Under the pieces are notes generated by a model. The model was not told the origin of the DNA and ran no database searches. It was given only the letters and a program-made list of their open reading frames with translations. From Candidatus Latescibacterota bacterium (GTDB lineage: Bacteria; Latescibacterota; UBA2968; GCA-2709665): a stretch of 64,000 nucleotides of DNA. Below are positions 39,727 to 49,182 of this stretch, piece after piece. A program made the position numbers and the translations under genes. Every line of letters begins with the position of its first letter. The stretch's first letter is position 1. The stretch covers positions 3,712,001 through 3,776,000 of the forward strand of contig OZ244744.1 of the NCBI GenBank assembly GCA_965219455.1. Direction: 5' to 3'.

Positions 39727-40642
39727 GGACCTTTTCCGGTGCGTCGCGTCACTTCTCGAAGTACAGGAGCGGCTGCCGCTCGACGTGGTGGTGGTGGACA
39801 ACGCGTCTTCGGACGGCAGTCCGGACGCGCTGGAACCGTTTGGCGACCGGGTGAGGCTGGTTGAGACGGGGGGGAACTTCGGGTTCGGCCGAGGCGTTAA
39901 CCGGGGCGTGGAAGTCTCCACCGGTCCCTATATTCTGGCCATGAATCCGGATGTGGCCGTAGGGCCGGATTCGATTGAGCGCCTGTTGGATTACCTTGAA
40001 GCCAATGGCCACGTCGGCGTGGTGGGGCCACGGCTTTTGGACCGGCGTGGTCGAGCGCAACCATCCTGCGGTAAGGCGCCTCGACTGGCTGGCGAAATTT
40101 GCCGTAAATTCCTGTTGCATCTTGTTTTTCCATTTCTTAAATTCGGCTGCCGGGTCTCCGGTGGGCCAACGTCGGTCGACTGGGTGACGGGTGCTTGTTT
40201 CCTTGTGCGTCGCAGCGCTTTCGGTGCGGTTGGCGGCATGGATAACGCCATATTTATGTATTATGAAGACGTCGATCTCTGCCTCAGGCTTGGTGGGGCC
40301 GGATGGACCGTGGCCTATCTGCCGGAGGCCAGCGCATTCCATGCAGGGGGTAAGAGTTCAAGAAAGGCGCTGGAACGGATGCTGGTGGAGGGCATGGCGA
40401 GTCATCTTTATGTGATAAAAAAACACCTGGGAGATCATGCGGGCCGCCTGCTGGCGATACTGACGTTTCCGGAGATGGTTTTGAGAACGCTGCTCTGGGG
40501 AGGTCTGTTTTTATTGCCCGGATTCCGGCCGGAGGCCAGGGCAAGGCTGAGGGCGTATCGACGGGTCCTGGCGCAGGGCATTGAAGGTAGGACCTGCTTG
40601 GGTTCTTCGCACGGGTGTTCGGGCCCGAAGGAGATTTCATGA
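39680..40642 (+). CDS. GT2 family glycosyltransferase (rhamnosyltransferase-like)
   Basis: VVVNWN, VVDNASSDGS, NPD, WVTGAC and MYYEDVDLC motifs; start ATG 39680 with GAGGG. Confidence 0.9.
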   Translation: MKPAVTAVVVNWNAGKDLFRCVASLLEVQERLPLDVVVVDNASSDGSPDALEPFGDRVRLVETGGNFGFGRGVNRGVEVSTGPYILAMNPDVAVGPDSIERLLDYLEANGHVGVVGPRLLDRRGRAQPSCGKAPRLAGEICRKFLLHLVFPFLKFGCRVSGGPTSVDWVTGACFLVRRSAFGAVGGMDNAIFMYYEDVDLCLRLGGAGWTVAYLPEASAFHAGGKSSRKALERMLVEGMASHLYVIKKHLGDHAGRLLAILTFPEMVLRTLLWGGLFLLPGFRPEARARLRAYRRVLAQGIEGRTCLGSSHGCSGPKEIS

Positions 40643-41778
40643 TTCCGATCTGGCGGGCCTGTTTCGACGAAGAGGAGGTGTCGGCGGTCCGGGAGGTGAT
40701 GCTATCCGGGTGGGTGGGGGCAGGCACGAAGGCCGCGGCCTTTGAAAAACGGTTTGCCGAGTATATCGGGACGTCATCCGCGGTGAGTGTGAATTCCTGT
40801 TCATCGGCGCTGCTGCTGGCGCTTAAGGTACTGGGAGTGGAGGGCCGCGAGGTCATTACCACTTCCATGACCTTTGTCGCCACCAACCACGCGATCCTTC
40901 AGAACGGAGCCGTTCCCGTTTTCTGCGACATCGATCCCGTCACGTTGAACCTGAATCCGGATTGCGTGGCCGAACGGGTTTCGGAAAAAACGGCTGCAAT
41001 TATGGTTGTGCATCACAGCGGCCAACCCTGCGATATGGACCCGATACTGGAAATTGCCGCATCCCGGAACATCCCGGTTGTGGAGGATGCCGCCCATGCC
41101 TGCGGCGCCCGGTACAAAGGCCGGATGGTGGGTGGGTTGGGAACGATCGGATGTTTCAGTTTCCAGGCGCAGAAGAACCTGACGACCTGCGATGGCGGTA
41201 TGCTGACTACCAACGACGTGCAACTGGCAGAGCGCCTCAAGCGGCTGAGCTGGATGGGTATCCCCCAGGGTACGTGGGACCGGTTTACAGCAGGGCCGAA
41301 ACAGAAGCGCTGGATGTACGAAGTGACCGAAGTGGGGCACAAGTTCTATATGAACGATTTGAATGCGGCCATCGGGTTGGTTCAACTGGCGAGGCTGGAG
41401 TCGGCCAATGCCCAGCGGCAGGAAATCGTTCTTCAGTACAATAAGGCGTTTGCCGATCTGACATGGCTTCGGCCCCCCAGGATCGCGCCGTACGCGCGCA
41501 GCGCCTTCCATGCCTATGTTCCGCGCGTGGCGGACAGGGACAATCTGGTTGCCCATCTGCACGGGCGGGATGTCGATTCCAGCGTGCATTATTATCCGAA
41601 TCATCTTTATCCGATCCACGAGCCCTATCGTTGTTCATTGCCGGTGACGGAGTCGGTGTGGCGAGAAATGGTGACGCTGCCCCTCTATCCCGGCATGACC
41701 GACGGAGACCTGGCCCAGGTTATCGAGGCTGTACGGAGCTTTCAACCCAACTGTCGGGAAATTCAACCCGATTCGTGA
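40639..41778 (+). CDS. DegT/DnrJ/EryC1/StrS family sugar aminotransferase
   Basis: EDAAHA and FSFQAQKNLTTCDGG (PLP Lys); ATGA overlap with the GT2 stop. Confidence 0.93.
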   Translation: MIPIWRACFDEEEVSAVREVMLSGWVGAGTKAAAFEKRFAEYIGTSSAVSVNSCSSALLLALKVLGVEGREVITTSMTFVATNHAILQNGAVPVFCDIDPVTLNLNPDCVAERVSEKTAAIMVVHHSGQPCDMDPILEIAASRNIPVVEDAAHACGARYKGRMVGGLGTIGCFSFQAQKNLTTCDGGMLTTNDVQLAERLKRLSWMGIPQGTWDRFTAGPKQKRWMYEVTEVGHKFYMNDLNAAIGLVQLARLESANAQRQEIVLQYNKAFADLTWLRPPRIAPYARSAFHAYVPRVADRDNLVAHLHGRDVDSSVHYYPNHLYPIHEPYRCSLPVTESVWREMVTLPLYPGMTDGDLAQVIEAVRSFQPNCREIQPDS

Positions 41779-41805
41779 TTACCGCTCGCAAGCAGAAAGT
41801 ACACC

Positions 41806-42780
41806 GTGTTGTCCTCCGCTCTCTTTCTCGCATTCGGTTTCGGAAGCGCTCTGTTATTGACACCGCTGCTTCGGGCCGTTGCGCTACGCGCATCGTGGTT
41901 GAAATCGGGCGGCGCCAACGGATCGCAGTCGGTTCCTCCCATAGGCGGCGTGGCCATAGCAATCGCCACCCTGCTGCTGCTACCCTTTGCGCCCTTGTCG
42001 TTTCCCGTTGGCCTGTGGATCGGCGCGCTTGGCATGGGCGCCATTGGATTCGTCGACGATAAGTGGCCGCTATCGCCTTTTCAAAAGCTTGCGTTTCAAA
42101 TCTTTACGGTCGCCATTACAGTCGGGAGCGGGCTGCGGTTCAACACAACGGGCAGTACCGTGTTCGACGCCGTGCTTACCGGAGTGTGGCTGGTATGGAT
42201 GTGCAACGCGTTCAACGTGCTCGACATGATGGATGGCTTGTCCGCGGGCGCGGGCGCCATCGCTTCGATTGGCCTGGCCGGCCTGGGGTTGGTCGGCGGC
42301 GCCGCGCCGGTTGTGATTCTGGGTGCCAGCCTGGCGGGAGGCTTTTTGGGATTTCTGGTGTACAATGCCCATCCGGCCCGGGTCTATATGGGCGACGCCG
42401 GCAGTCTTTTTGCGGGATTTGTGCTCGGCGCCATGTCCGTTCAGGTTTCCAGGGCGATGCCCGGGGTGCAGGGTGAACTCTGCGCGATCCTGGTGCTGGG
42501 CGTGCCCTGTTTCGAAGCCCTGTTTCTTTGTGTCGTGAGGAAGAAAAAGGGCTTGCCCGTGATGAGGGCCAGCCGTGATCACGTGGCACAGCGGCTGGTC
42601 AGAATGGGATATTCCGTGGGGGGCGCGGTTCGGCGCATTCATCTTGCGGGTGCGCTTCTGGCCCTTTGCGGAATCCTGGCGGCCGTGGTGCCGGCCGCGG
42701 TTTGCGTTATAATCCTGGTTTCTGTGATCGGAACGGCGGTATGGACCGGCGTGCGGTTGGCCCGTGTGGAGACCGTATAA
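41806..42780 (+). CDS. WecA/MraY family polyprenyl-phosphate sugar-1-phosphate transferase
   Basis: IGG, GFVDD, NAFNVLDMMDGL, YMGDAGS and RDH motifs. Confidence 0.9.
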   Translation: MLSSALFLAFGFGSALLLTPLLRAVALRASWLKSGGANGSQSVPPIGGVAIAIATLLLLPFAPLSFPVGLWIGALGMGAIGFVDDKWPLSPFQKLAFQIFTVAITVGSGLRFNTTGSTVFDAVLTGVWLVWMCNAFNVLDMMDGLSAGAGAIASIGLAGLGLVGGAAPVVILGASLAGGFLGFLVYNAHPARVYMGDAGSLFAGFVLGAMSVQVSRAMPGVQGELCAILVLGVPCFEALFLCVVRKKKGLPVMRASRDHVAQRLVRMGYSVGGAVRRIHLAGALLALCGILAAVVPAAVCVIILVSVIGTAVWTGVRLARVETV

Positions 42781-42877
42781 CAGTCCGTTGAAAAAGTTGC
42801 TCTGCAGGCGATGCCGGCCGCCTGTCTGCGTGCGTACGCACAGGCAGGCAGACCGGATGGACTTTTTCAACGGGCTG
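42781..42877. mobile_element. MITE-like element, family B
   Basis: 17-bp TIR CAG(T/C)CCGTTGAAAAAGT (16/17 match); ATAA duplicated on both flanks; internal palindrome. Confidence 0.8.
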
Positions 42878-42892
42878 ATAAGGAGAGGCCGG

Positions 42893-44347
42893 ATGACCGA
42901 CCTGCGTCGCACAACCGTCCGCGGTTTCTCGTGGACCGGTCTGGCGCAGGGTTCCGGTTATCTGATTCAGGTGGGTGCGCTGGGGGTGGCGGTGCGGCAT
43001 CTGAGCGAACCGTCCCGGGCGTTCGGAACAGAGGTTGCCGCAGCCACGATTGTGGGGGTGGGCATACTGTCCGCGGAAATGGGCTTGGGGCGAGCCCTTA
43101 TTCAGAAGCGGGATGCGCACGGGGCGCATCTGGCTGCAGCGTTCTGGATGGGCCTCTGCATTTCCTGTTCGTTGGCCGCCCTTCTCTATCTGACCGCCCG
43201 GTTCTGGGGCGGACTTTTTTTTGATGACCCTCAGGTTTCCTCTGTTCTGCCGCCAATGGCCTGGGGGCTGGTCTTCGCCGGCCTGGGGACCGTTCCCCGG
43301 GCGGAGATGGAACGTACGTTCCGCTTCGGGCAGTTGGCGATTCTGGATGTTTGCGCGGCGTTTTCCAGCGGATTCACGATGGCCCTTCTGGCCGTGTGGG
43401 GATACGAGGTGTGGAGTCTCGTCTGGGCTTACGTGGTCCGCCATGCGGTTCTTGGCTTAGGTCCCTGGATATTCTGCCCCGTAAATGCGAACCGTACCTT
43501 TAAAATTGCCGATGCAAGGGTATTGCTCGGATTCGGCGGTAAATGGACTGGTTCAAGGTTGGTGGGCTATGTCCAGCAGAACCTGGACTATCTTCTTATC
43601 GGCAGGTTTCTGGGGATCGAGGCGCTGGGCTACTACGGGTTGGCTTACCGGCTTATTGCATTTCCGCAAACCCGCGTGGTTCAGGCCATTGCAAAGGTCA
43701 CCTTTCCGGCCTTTTCCGCCCTGCAGGATGATGTCGTCCGGCTTGGACGGGCGTATATAGCCACTGTGAAATACGTCGCCGTGCTTGTGTTTCCGATTAT
43801 GGCGGGATTTTACCTGTTGGCGCATCCCGGTGTGGCATTGCTTTTTGAGCCGGAGATGGCGCCCGCGGCGGTCGTCCTTCAGGTGCTCTGTCCGGCCGGG
43901 GCGCTACGGTCTATCGCGTCTCCCGCCGGGTTGGTCTTTTCCGCCCTGGGCCGCACCGGCCTGGCGCTTATCTGGAATATCGGCGGCGCCATCTTTATGC
44001 TGGTGGTTTTATGGTTCGGTATTGCCGGGGGGATCACGGGCGCCGCGCTGGCGGTAAGCCTTGGCGTGGCGGTCCTGACCGTGGTCTCGCAGGGTATCGT
44101 GAACCGGCTTGCCCGGATAACATTTGAAGAATACTTCAAAGCGTTGTATCCCGCTGCGCTGAGCAGTGGATTGATGATGGGCGTGGTCGCCGGATACAAG
44201 TGGCTGGTGGTTGGCGTACTGCCCGATTCTGTGTTGATTGCCTCCTGCGTGGTTGCGGGTGTGTTCGTTTATCCGCTTGTTTTCCGTTTTTTTGCAAAGG
44301 AGACCGCCGTGGAGGCAATGCGTCTTGCCGGATTGATCCGGCGTTAG
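42893..44347 (+). CDS. wzx: Wzx-type polysaccharide flippase
   Basis: GLGRALIQ, NLDYLLIGRFLG..ALGYY and FPAFS motifs; SD AAGGAG before ATG 42893. Confidence 0.88.
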   Translation: MTDLRRTTVRGFSWTGLAQGSGYLIQVGALGVAVRHLSEPSRAFGTEVAAATIVGVGILSAEMGLGRALIQKRDAHGAHLAAAFWMGLCISCSLAALLYLTARFWGGLFFDDPQVSSVLPPMAWGLVFAGLGTVPRAEMERTFRFGQLAILDVCAAFSSGFTMALLAVWGYEVWSLVWAYVVRHAVLGLGPWIFCPVNANRTFKIADARVLLGFGGKWTGSRLVGYVQQNLDYLLIGRFLGIEALGYYGLAYRLIAFPQTRVVQAIAKVTFPAFSALQDDVVRLGRAYIATVKYVAVLVFPIMAGFYLLAHPGVALLFEPEMAPAAVVLQVLCPAGALRSIASPAGLVFSALGRTGLALIWNIGGAIFMLVVLWFGIAGGITGAALAVSLGVAVLTVVSQGIVNRLARITFEEYFKALYPAALSSGLMMGVVAGYKWLVVGVLPDSVLIASCVVAGVFVYPLVFRFFAKETAVEAMRLAGLIRR

Positions 44348-44510
44348 GAAGCTGTCTTAAAACCCCCTGCGGTCTTCGCGCGGCTGCAAAAGCGTCGGTC
44401 GGCGTTGGTCAAACCCACCCGTATCCCAAAGATAGGGGCGGGTTCTCCCGCCTTCACCGACACCTTTTCGCTCGCGCTCGGGAACTCACCGGGAATTTTA
44501 AAACAGCTTC
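44348..44510. mobile_element. MITE-like element, family A, copy 2
   Basis: TIR GAAGCTGT(C/T)TTAAAA; colinear with the reverse complement of 15377-15508 plus a ~30-bp internal insertion. Confidence 0.8.
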
Positions 44511-44523
44511 TCAGGATACGCGT

Positions 44524-45366
44524 ATGGCTCGATTGCCGAATTTCCTGATTATCGGCGCCCAGAAATGCGGAACGACGTGGCTCGTGGCCATGCTTCGCCA
44601 GCATCCCGACGTGTATATGCCCGAACAGGAGGTACACTTCTTCGATAAGGCCGGGAATTACGAAAAGGGCATCGAATGGTATGCCAGACATTTCGCGGGG
44701 GCGGAAAACAGAAGACGAGTGGGTGAGAAAACGCCAGACTATTTCTGGGCAGGCGGGCGAGGCGGTGAAGGACATATGCCGGATGTACACCGGCATATCC
44801 ACAGACATCTGCCCGACGCCAAACTGATCGTTACGCTCAAGAATCCGGTGGATCGGGCGGTCTCCGCGGTAAAGCACCTGATACGGACCCGTCGGATATC
44901 TCCGCTGCATCGAATGGACGATTTGCTGGCGGGCGGAAAATCCGCCTTGCTGGAAGGGTTCGGAGTCTTCGAGGTGGGTCGGTTCTCTACGTTGCTCACC
45001 GCCTATCTGGATCTCTTCAGGCGGGATCAGATTCTGGTCCTTTTTTTTGAAGAAGATATCGTGCAGCGCCCGCAAGAGGGCCTGAAAAAGATCTGTGCCT
45101 TTCTGGAAATCGACGATTCCGTTCGTTTTTCGGGGATAGCGCAGCGGGTCAATCGATTCGACAGCTGCAAATTACACCTGGTCGCCCGGTATTATTTCCC
45201 GGTCTTGTCCCCTTTGACAAGCGTACTCGGACGCCTCTTGCCGGAGAGCGATTATCTTCCCAGCGAATCCGTGCTCCAACACTTGCACGGGCTTTACCGC
45301 GAAGAAAATCGAAAGTTGTTCGATCTTCTCGGGCGTGAATCTCCGGTATCGTGGCTTGCAACCTGA
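44524..45366 (+). CDS. PAPS-dependent sulfotransferase (heparan-sulfate sulfotransferase-like fold)
   Basis: PNFLIIGAQKCGTT (5'-PSB loop), EVHFF, GEKTPDY and LKNPVDRAVS (3'-PB) motifs. Confidence 0.9.
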   Translation: MARLPNFLIIGAQKCGTTWLVAMLRQHPDVYMPEQEVHFFDKAGNYEKGIEWYARHFAGAENRRRVGEKTPDYFWAGGRGGEGHMPDVHRHIHRHLPDAKLIVTLKNPVDRAVSAVKHLIRTRRISPLHRMDDLLAGGKSALLEGFGVFEVGRFSTLLTAYLDLFRRDQILVLFFEEDIVQRPQEGLKKICAFLEIDDSVRFSGIAQRVNRFDSCKLHLVARYYFPVLSPLTSVLGRLLPESDYLPSESVLQHLHGLYREENRKLFDLLGRESPVSWLAT

Positions 45367-45398
45367 TGGCGGGTTCCCCCCAAATGCGCCGTTTTCCA

Positions 45399-45427
45399 TT
45401 GATTCCCCGGAATCTCGTGTTTATATT
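45399..45427 (+). promoter_or_regulatory. internal promoter
   Basis: TTGATT-17 nt-TATATT. Confidence 0.5.
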
Positions 45428-45444
45428 GAAGGAGCTTTCCTGCC

Positions 45445-46533
45445 TTGAGGGTTTTTTTTGTCGCGCTCACCGGGCCCCGGTTTGCCGCCAGCCGTACACG
45501 TGTGTTTGATTATCTGCCCTTCCTTAAAGCCAATGGCGTGCAGGCCGACGTGGCAGTTGTATTGCCCGATCGGATGTCCACCTGGACATACTCGCGGAGA
45601 GGGTTCGGGCGTCTGATCCACTATATCTGGGTGTGGTGGCGCTCGCTCCGGCTGGGGTTGCGCACCCTCCGTTTTGCGCCCGGATACCACGTCGTGTTTG
45701 TGCAGCGGACCTTTTTCTGCGCACCGATTGCCAGGCTGTTGCGAAAAATTTCACGGAAGGTCATCTTCGATTTCGACGACGCTATCTTTACCACCGAGGC
45801 ACCCGATGAAAACTGGATGGGGCGGCTCCGAACGTGGCACCACTCGCGTGGGCTGGCAAAGATGCTCCGGGCGGCATCCAGGGTTATCGTCGAAAATACG
45901 TACACAGCCGCGTATGCCGAACGGTACTGCCCGGAGGTGTCGATCATCACGGGGCCGATCGACACGGGTCGGTATGCCCCCGGCGGAGAGGTCGATGGAT
46001 GCGGCGACGTGGTTCTGGGCTGGATCGGCAGCTACACGTCCGCCCCCTATCTGGAACTGATCCGGGAGCCTCTGGCCGAACTGGGTGCCCGACACCACCA
46101 TCTCCGGCTTTGTCTGATCGGCGAGGGCGGATTTGATACGGACGCTGTGCCCCTTGAATGGCGCCCCTGGTCTATGGAAACCGAGGTCCGGGACCTGCGC
46201 AGCTTCGATATCGGCCTGATGCCGTTGCCCGACGATCCGTGGACCCGGGGAAAGGGAGGCTACAAGCTTCTTCAATACCTCTCGATGGGAATTCCGGCTG
46301 TGAGCAGCCCGGTGGGCATAAACCGCGAAATCGTGGAAGACGGCGTCAACGGTTTCTGCGCACGGTCGCACGGCGAGTGGGTATCCTGTCTCGAACGGCT
46401 GATTCTGGATCGGGCGCTTCGGCATCGGATGGGCGAAGCCGGACGCGCAAAAATGGAAGCGTGTTATTCGCTGGAACGGAGCAGCCAGCGACTGTTGCGG
46501 ATCCTGAGTTCGGTCGCCCGGGCGGAGGCCTGA
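45445..46533 (+). CDS. GT4 family glycosyltransferase
   Basis: FDFDDA, GWIGS and DIGLMPL..GKGGYKLLQYLSMGIP motifs. Confidence 0.9.
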   Translation: MRVFFVALTGPRFAASRTRVFDYLPFLKANGVQADVAVVLPDRMSTWTYSRRGFGRLIHYIWVWWRSLRLGLRTLRFAPGYHVVFVQRTFFCAPIARLLRKISRKVIFDFDDAIFTTEAPDENWMGRLRTWHHSRGLAKMLRAASRVIVENTYTAAYAERYCPEVSIITGPIDTGRYAPGGEVDGCGDVVLGWIGSYTSAPYLELIREPLAELGARHHHLRLCLIGEGGFDTDAVPLEWRPWSMETEVRDLRSFDIGLMPLPDDPWTRGKGGYKLLQYLSMGIPAVSSPVGINREIVEDGVNGFCARSHGEWVSCLERLILDRALRHRMGEAGRAKMEACYSLERSSQRLLRILSSVARAEA

Positions 46534-46754
46534 GCGTGCCTCGTCGATCCGGGTTCGATTTCGAGTGTGCCCAACGGAAGCGGCGCGCTCCGGAGGTGGT
46601 TGAACCGGCCTTCGCCGGTACGGGCGGATGTGGTCGATGGAGAGGGCGAAACGGGTTCTTCCTTCTGCGGGTCAAGGCGCCTTCTCGACAATAACCGTTG
46701 AGTCACGCGAGCATATCTATACGATTCACTTATACTTACATAATAACTTTTACG

Positions 46755-46785
46755 TTGCCGGTTTACCCCTGGGTGTTTATATTTG
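46755..46785 (+). promoter_or_regulatory. internal promoter
   Basis: TTGCCG-17 nt-TATATT(TG). Confidence 0.5.
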
Positions 46786-46854
46786 AAACGCCGATTCCGG
46801 CGTCGGAGCCTGTTTATCCAACCCGATCGTGGTGATTCCACCTGCGGAGCCGGT

Positions 46855-48078
46855 TTGCCTGCGGATCCTTCTGACGCGCAAACGCCGATTCACCTGGTTC
46901 AAATTATCGATCGTTTGAACGTTGGTGGACCAACGCCCTATCTGCTTTTCCTCTCCAAGACGTTGGAGTCCCGGGGTTGTCGCTCGCTTGTGGTCAAAGG
47001 CCAGGTGGCGCCCGGCGAAGCCGAGATGGAAGACGTTATCAGCCGCTCGGGAATTCAACCCTTTGAGGTGCACGGGTTCAGCCGGGCGATTGTACCGATT
47101 CAGGATTTCAGGGCTCTCGTTGCGATATACCGGTTGTTAAGACGCGTGCGCCCCGAGATTGTCCACACGCACAAGTCGAAAGCAGGTGTGCTTGGTCGTA
47201 TAGCGGCTTGGCTGGCCGGCGTGCCGATTACGCTGCATACGTTTCACGGTCTGGTCTTCAAGGGATATTTTTCAGACTGGAAGACCTGCCTGATTGTGCT
47301 TGTTGAGAGGCTTCTTGCCCGCCGCACCGATGTCCTGGTTGCCGTCTCGGACCGGCAGCGGGTTGAATTGTTGGCCGATCGTATCGCGGCGCCTTCACGC
47401 ATTCGCACGGTTCCGCTGGGCGTGGATCTGGATCCGTTTCTGAACCAGCGGCGCGGCGACGTGGGTTTCCGCGATGAACTGGGGTTCGACACCTCGACGC
47501 GGCTTGTCGGAATCGTGGCGCGGCTGGTGCCAATTAAGGGTGTCGACATTTTCCTGGCCGCCGCCGAACAGGTGGCCAGGGCCCTGCCGGATGTCCGGTT
47601 TGTCGTGATCGGCGACGGGGAACTGCGGACCGAGCTTGAAGCAATTGTACGTGCACGAAAGTTCGAAGACCGGGTGCGGTTTACAGGCTTCCGAACGGAT
47701 ATGGCGCGAATCTACGGTGCGCTCGATCTGTCCGTACTTTCGTCGTATCACGAGGGGTTGCCGGTTGCATTGCTGGAGGCGGTTGCATCCGGATGTTACG
47801 TGGTTGCGTCTCGGGTGGGAGGCGTGCCCGATTTACTTTGGAGCGAACGGATTGGCCTGATGGTCGCGCCTGGCGATCCCGCAGCGCTTGCTGGCGGGAT
47901 TCTGCGGGTGTTACGGGAGCGGCGGGGTATTTCCGCTGAAGAGCGGCGAAGCGTTGTTAAATCATACGGGTTGACACGTTTGGCGAAAGATTTCAGCCAC
48001 CTCTATCGTAAGCTATCCGAAAACAAGCGGGCCGGGGGCGGTTCTCCAGGCGACTGCTGGGAAGGGACGTACGCATGA
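46855..48078 (+). CDS. GT4 family glycosyltransferase
   Basis: RLNVGGP, HTHKSKAG, ARLVPIKG and EGLPVALLEA motifs; TTG 46855 with GGAG preferred over 46783, which overlaps the -10 box. Confidence 0.9.
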   Translation: MPADPSDAQTPIHLVQIIDRLNVGGPTPYLLFLSKTLESRGCRSLVVKGQVAPGEAEMEDVISRSGIQPFEVHGFSRAIVPIQDFRALVAIYRLLRRVRPEIVHTHKSKAGVLGRIAAWLAGVPITLHTFHGLVFKGYFSDWKTCLIVLVERLLARRTDVLVAVSDRQRVELLADRIAAPSRIRTVPLGVDLDPFLNQRRGDVGFRDELGFDTSTRLVGIVARLVPIKGVDIFLAAAEQVARALPDVRFVVIGDGELRTELEAIVRARKFEDRVRFTGFRTDMARIYGALDLSVLSSYHEGLPVALLEAVASGCYVVASRVGGVPDLLWSERIGLMVAPGDPAALAGGILRVLRERRGISAEERRSVVKSYGLTRLAKDFSHLYRKLSENKRAGGGSPGDCWEGTYA

Positions 48079-49049
48079 AGGTGTTGATTACCGGCGGGGC
48101 GGGGTTCATAGGATCACATTTGGCCGAACGGCATTTGAGACGAGGCGACGAGGTTTCCGTTCTCGACGATCTATCCACCGGAGATTACAACAATATCCAC
48201 CACCTGGAGTCCAACCCCCGGTTCAACATAAAGGTTGGCACGATTCTGGAGTCGGAAACGCTGCGTCCTCTGGTGGAGTGGTGCGATATGATTTATCACC
48301 TGGCCGCTGCGGTGGGCGTGAATTACATCATTGACAATCCGCTGCATTCCCTGACGACCAATATCCGGGGCACCGAAATTGTTCTGGAACTCGCCAATAA
48401 AGACAAGAAGCGCGTGATGCTTGCGTCGACTTCGGAGGTGTACGGCAAGAAGAACGGCAAGGTGTCCTTCCAGGAAAACGACGATCGGCTGCTCGGGCCC
48501 ATTACCGTCGACCGCTGGATCTATTCCACAACAAAGGCGGTGGACGAGATGCTGGGTCTGTCCTATTGGCGTGAGAAGAAGCTGCCCATGCTGATTGTGC
48601 GGTTTTTCAACGTCATCGGCCCGAGGCAGACCGGCGACTACGGCATGGTCGTTCCCCGAATGGTCAAACAGGCGCTCCTGGGGCACCCGATTACGGTGTA
48701 CGGCAATGGAGAACAACGGCGCTGTTTTACCGACGTCGAAGATGCGCTTGACGGCCTGGTTGCACTGGCCGAACATCCCCACACGCCAGGTGAGATTTTC
48801 AATTTGGGCGGTAACGTCGAGACCAACGAAACCAGCATCATCAATCTGGCGCATAAGGTCAAGACGCTGACGGAAAGTGACGCGCCGATTGAATTCGTGC
48901 CTTACGACAAGGCATTTGCAAAGGGATCGTACGAAGACCTCAACTACCGGGTGCCGGATCTCTCCAAACTCAGGTCGTTCGTGGACTACGAGCCGAAAAT
49001 GAGCCTCGATAACACCCTGCGGCGCATTATCGGTTATTTCGAGTCGTAA
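48075..49049 (+). CDS. NAD-dependent nucleotide-sugar epimerase/dehydratase
   Basis: TGGAGFIG, STSEVYG, YSTTK and RFFNVIGPRQ motifs. Confidence 0.93.
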   Translation: MKVLITGGAGFIGSHLAERHLRRGDEVSVLDDLSTGDYNNIHHLESNPRFNIKVGTILESETLRPLVEWCDMIYHLAAAVGVNYIIDNPLHSLTTNIRGTEIVLELANKDKKRVMLASTSEVYGKKNGKVSFQENDDRLLGPITVDRWIYSTTKAVDEMLGLSYWREKKLPMLIVRFFNVIGPRQTGDYGMVVPRMVKQALLGHPITVYGNGEQRRCFTDVEDALDGLVALAEHPHTPGEIFNLGGNVETNETSIINLAHKVKTLTESDAPIEFVPYDKAFAKGSYEDLNYRVPDLSKLRSFVDYEPKMSLDNTLRRIIGYFES

Positions 49050-49182
49050 CAGAGCGAACGTCAATCCGGGCGCTCGTACGCGCGGGTCGTCGTGAAGGTC
49101 GGAGCGAACTCACCGGCGCACGATCCGCGTTCCAATATATGAATGTTATTCAACTGGCGTTGGACCGTCCGAATCCTCTTGC

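Noticed and set aside
42764-44523. Long N-terminal extensions on wzx (from 42764) and the sulfotransferase (from 44200)
   Set aside because: They are read-through of the MITE sequences; SD-supported starts are at 42893 and 44524.
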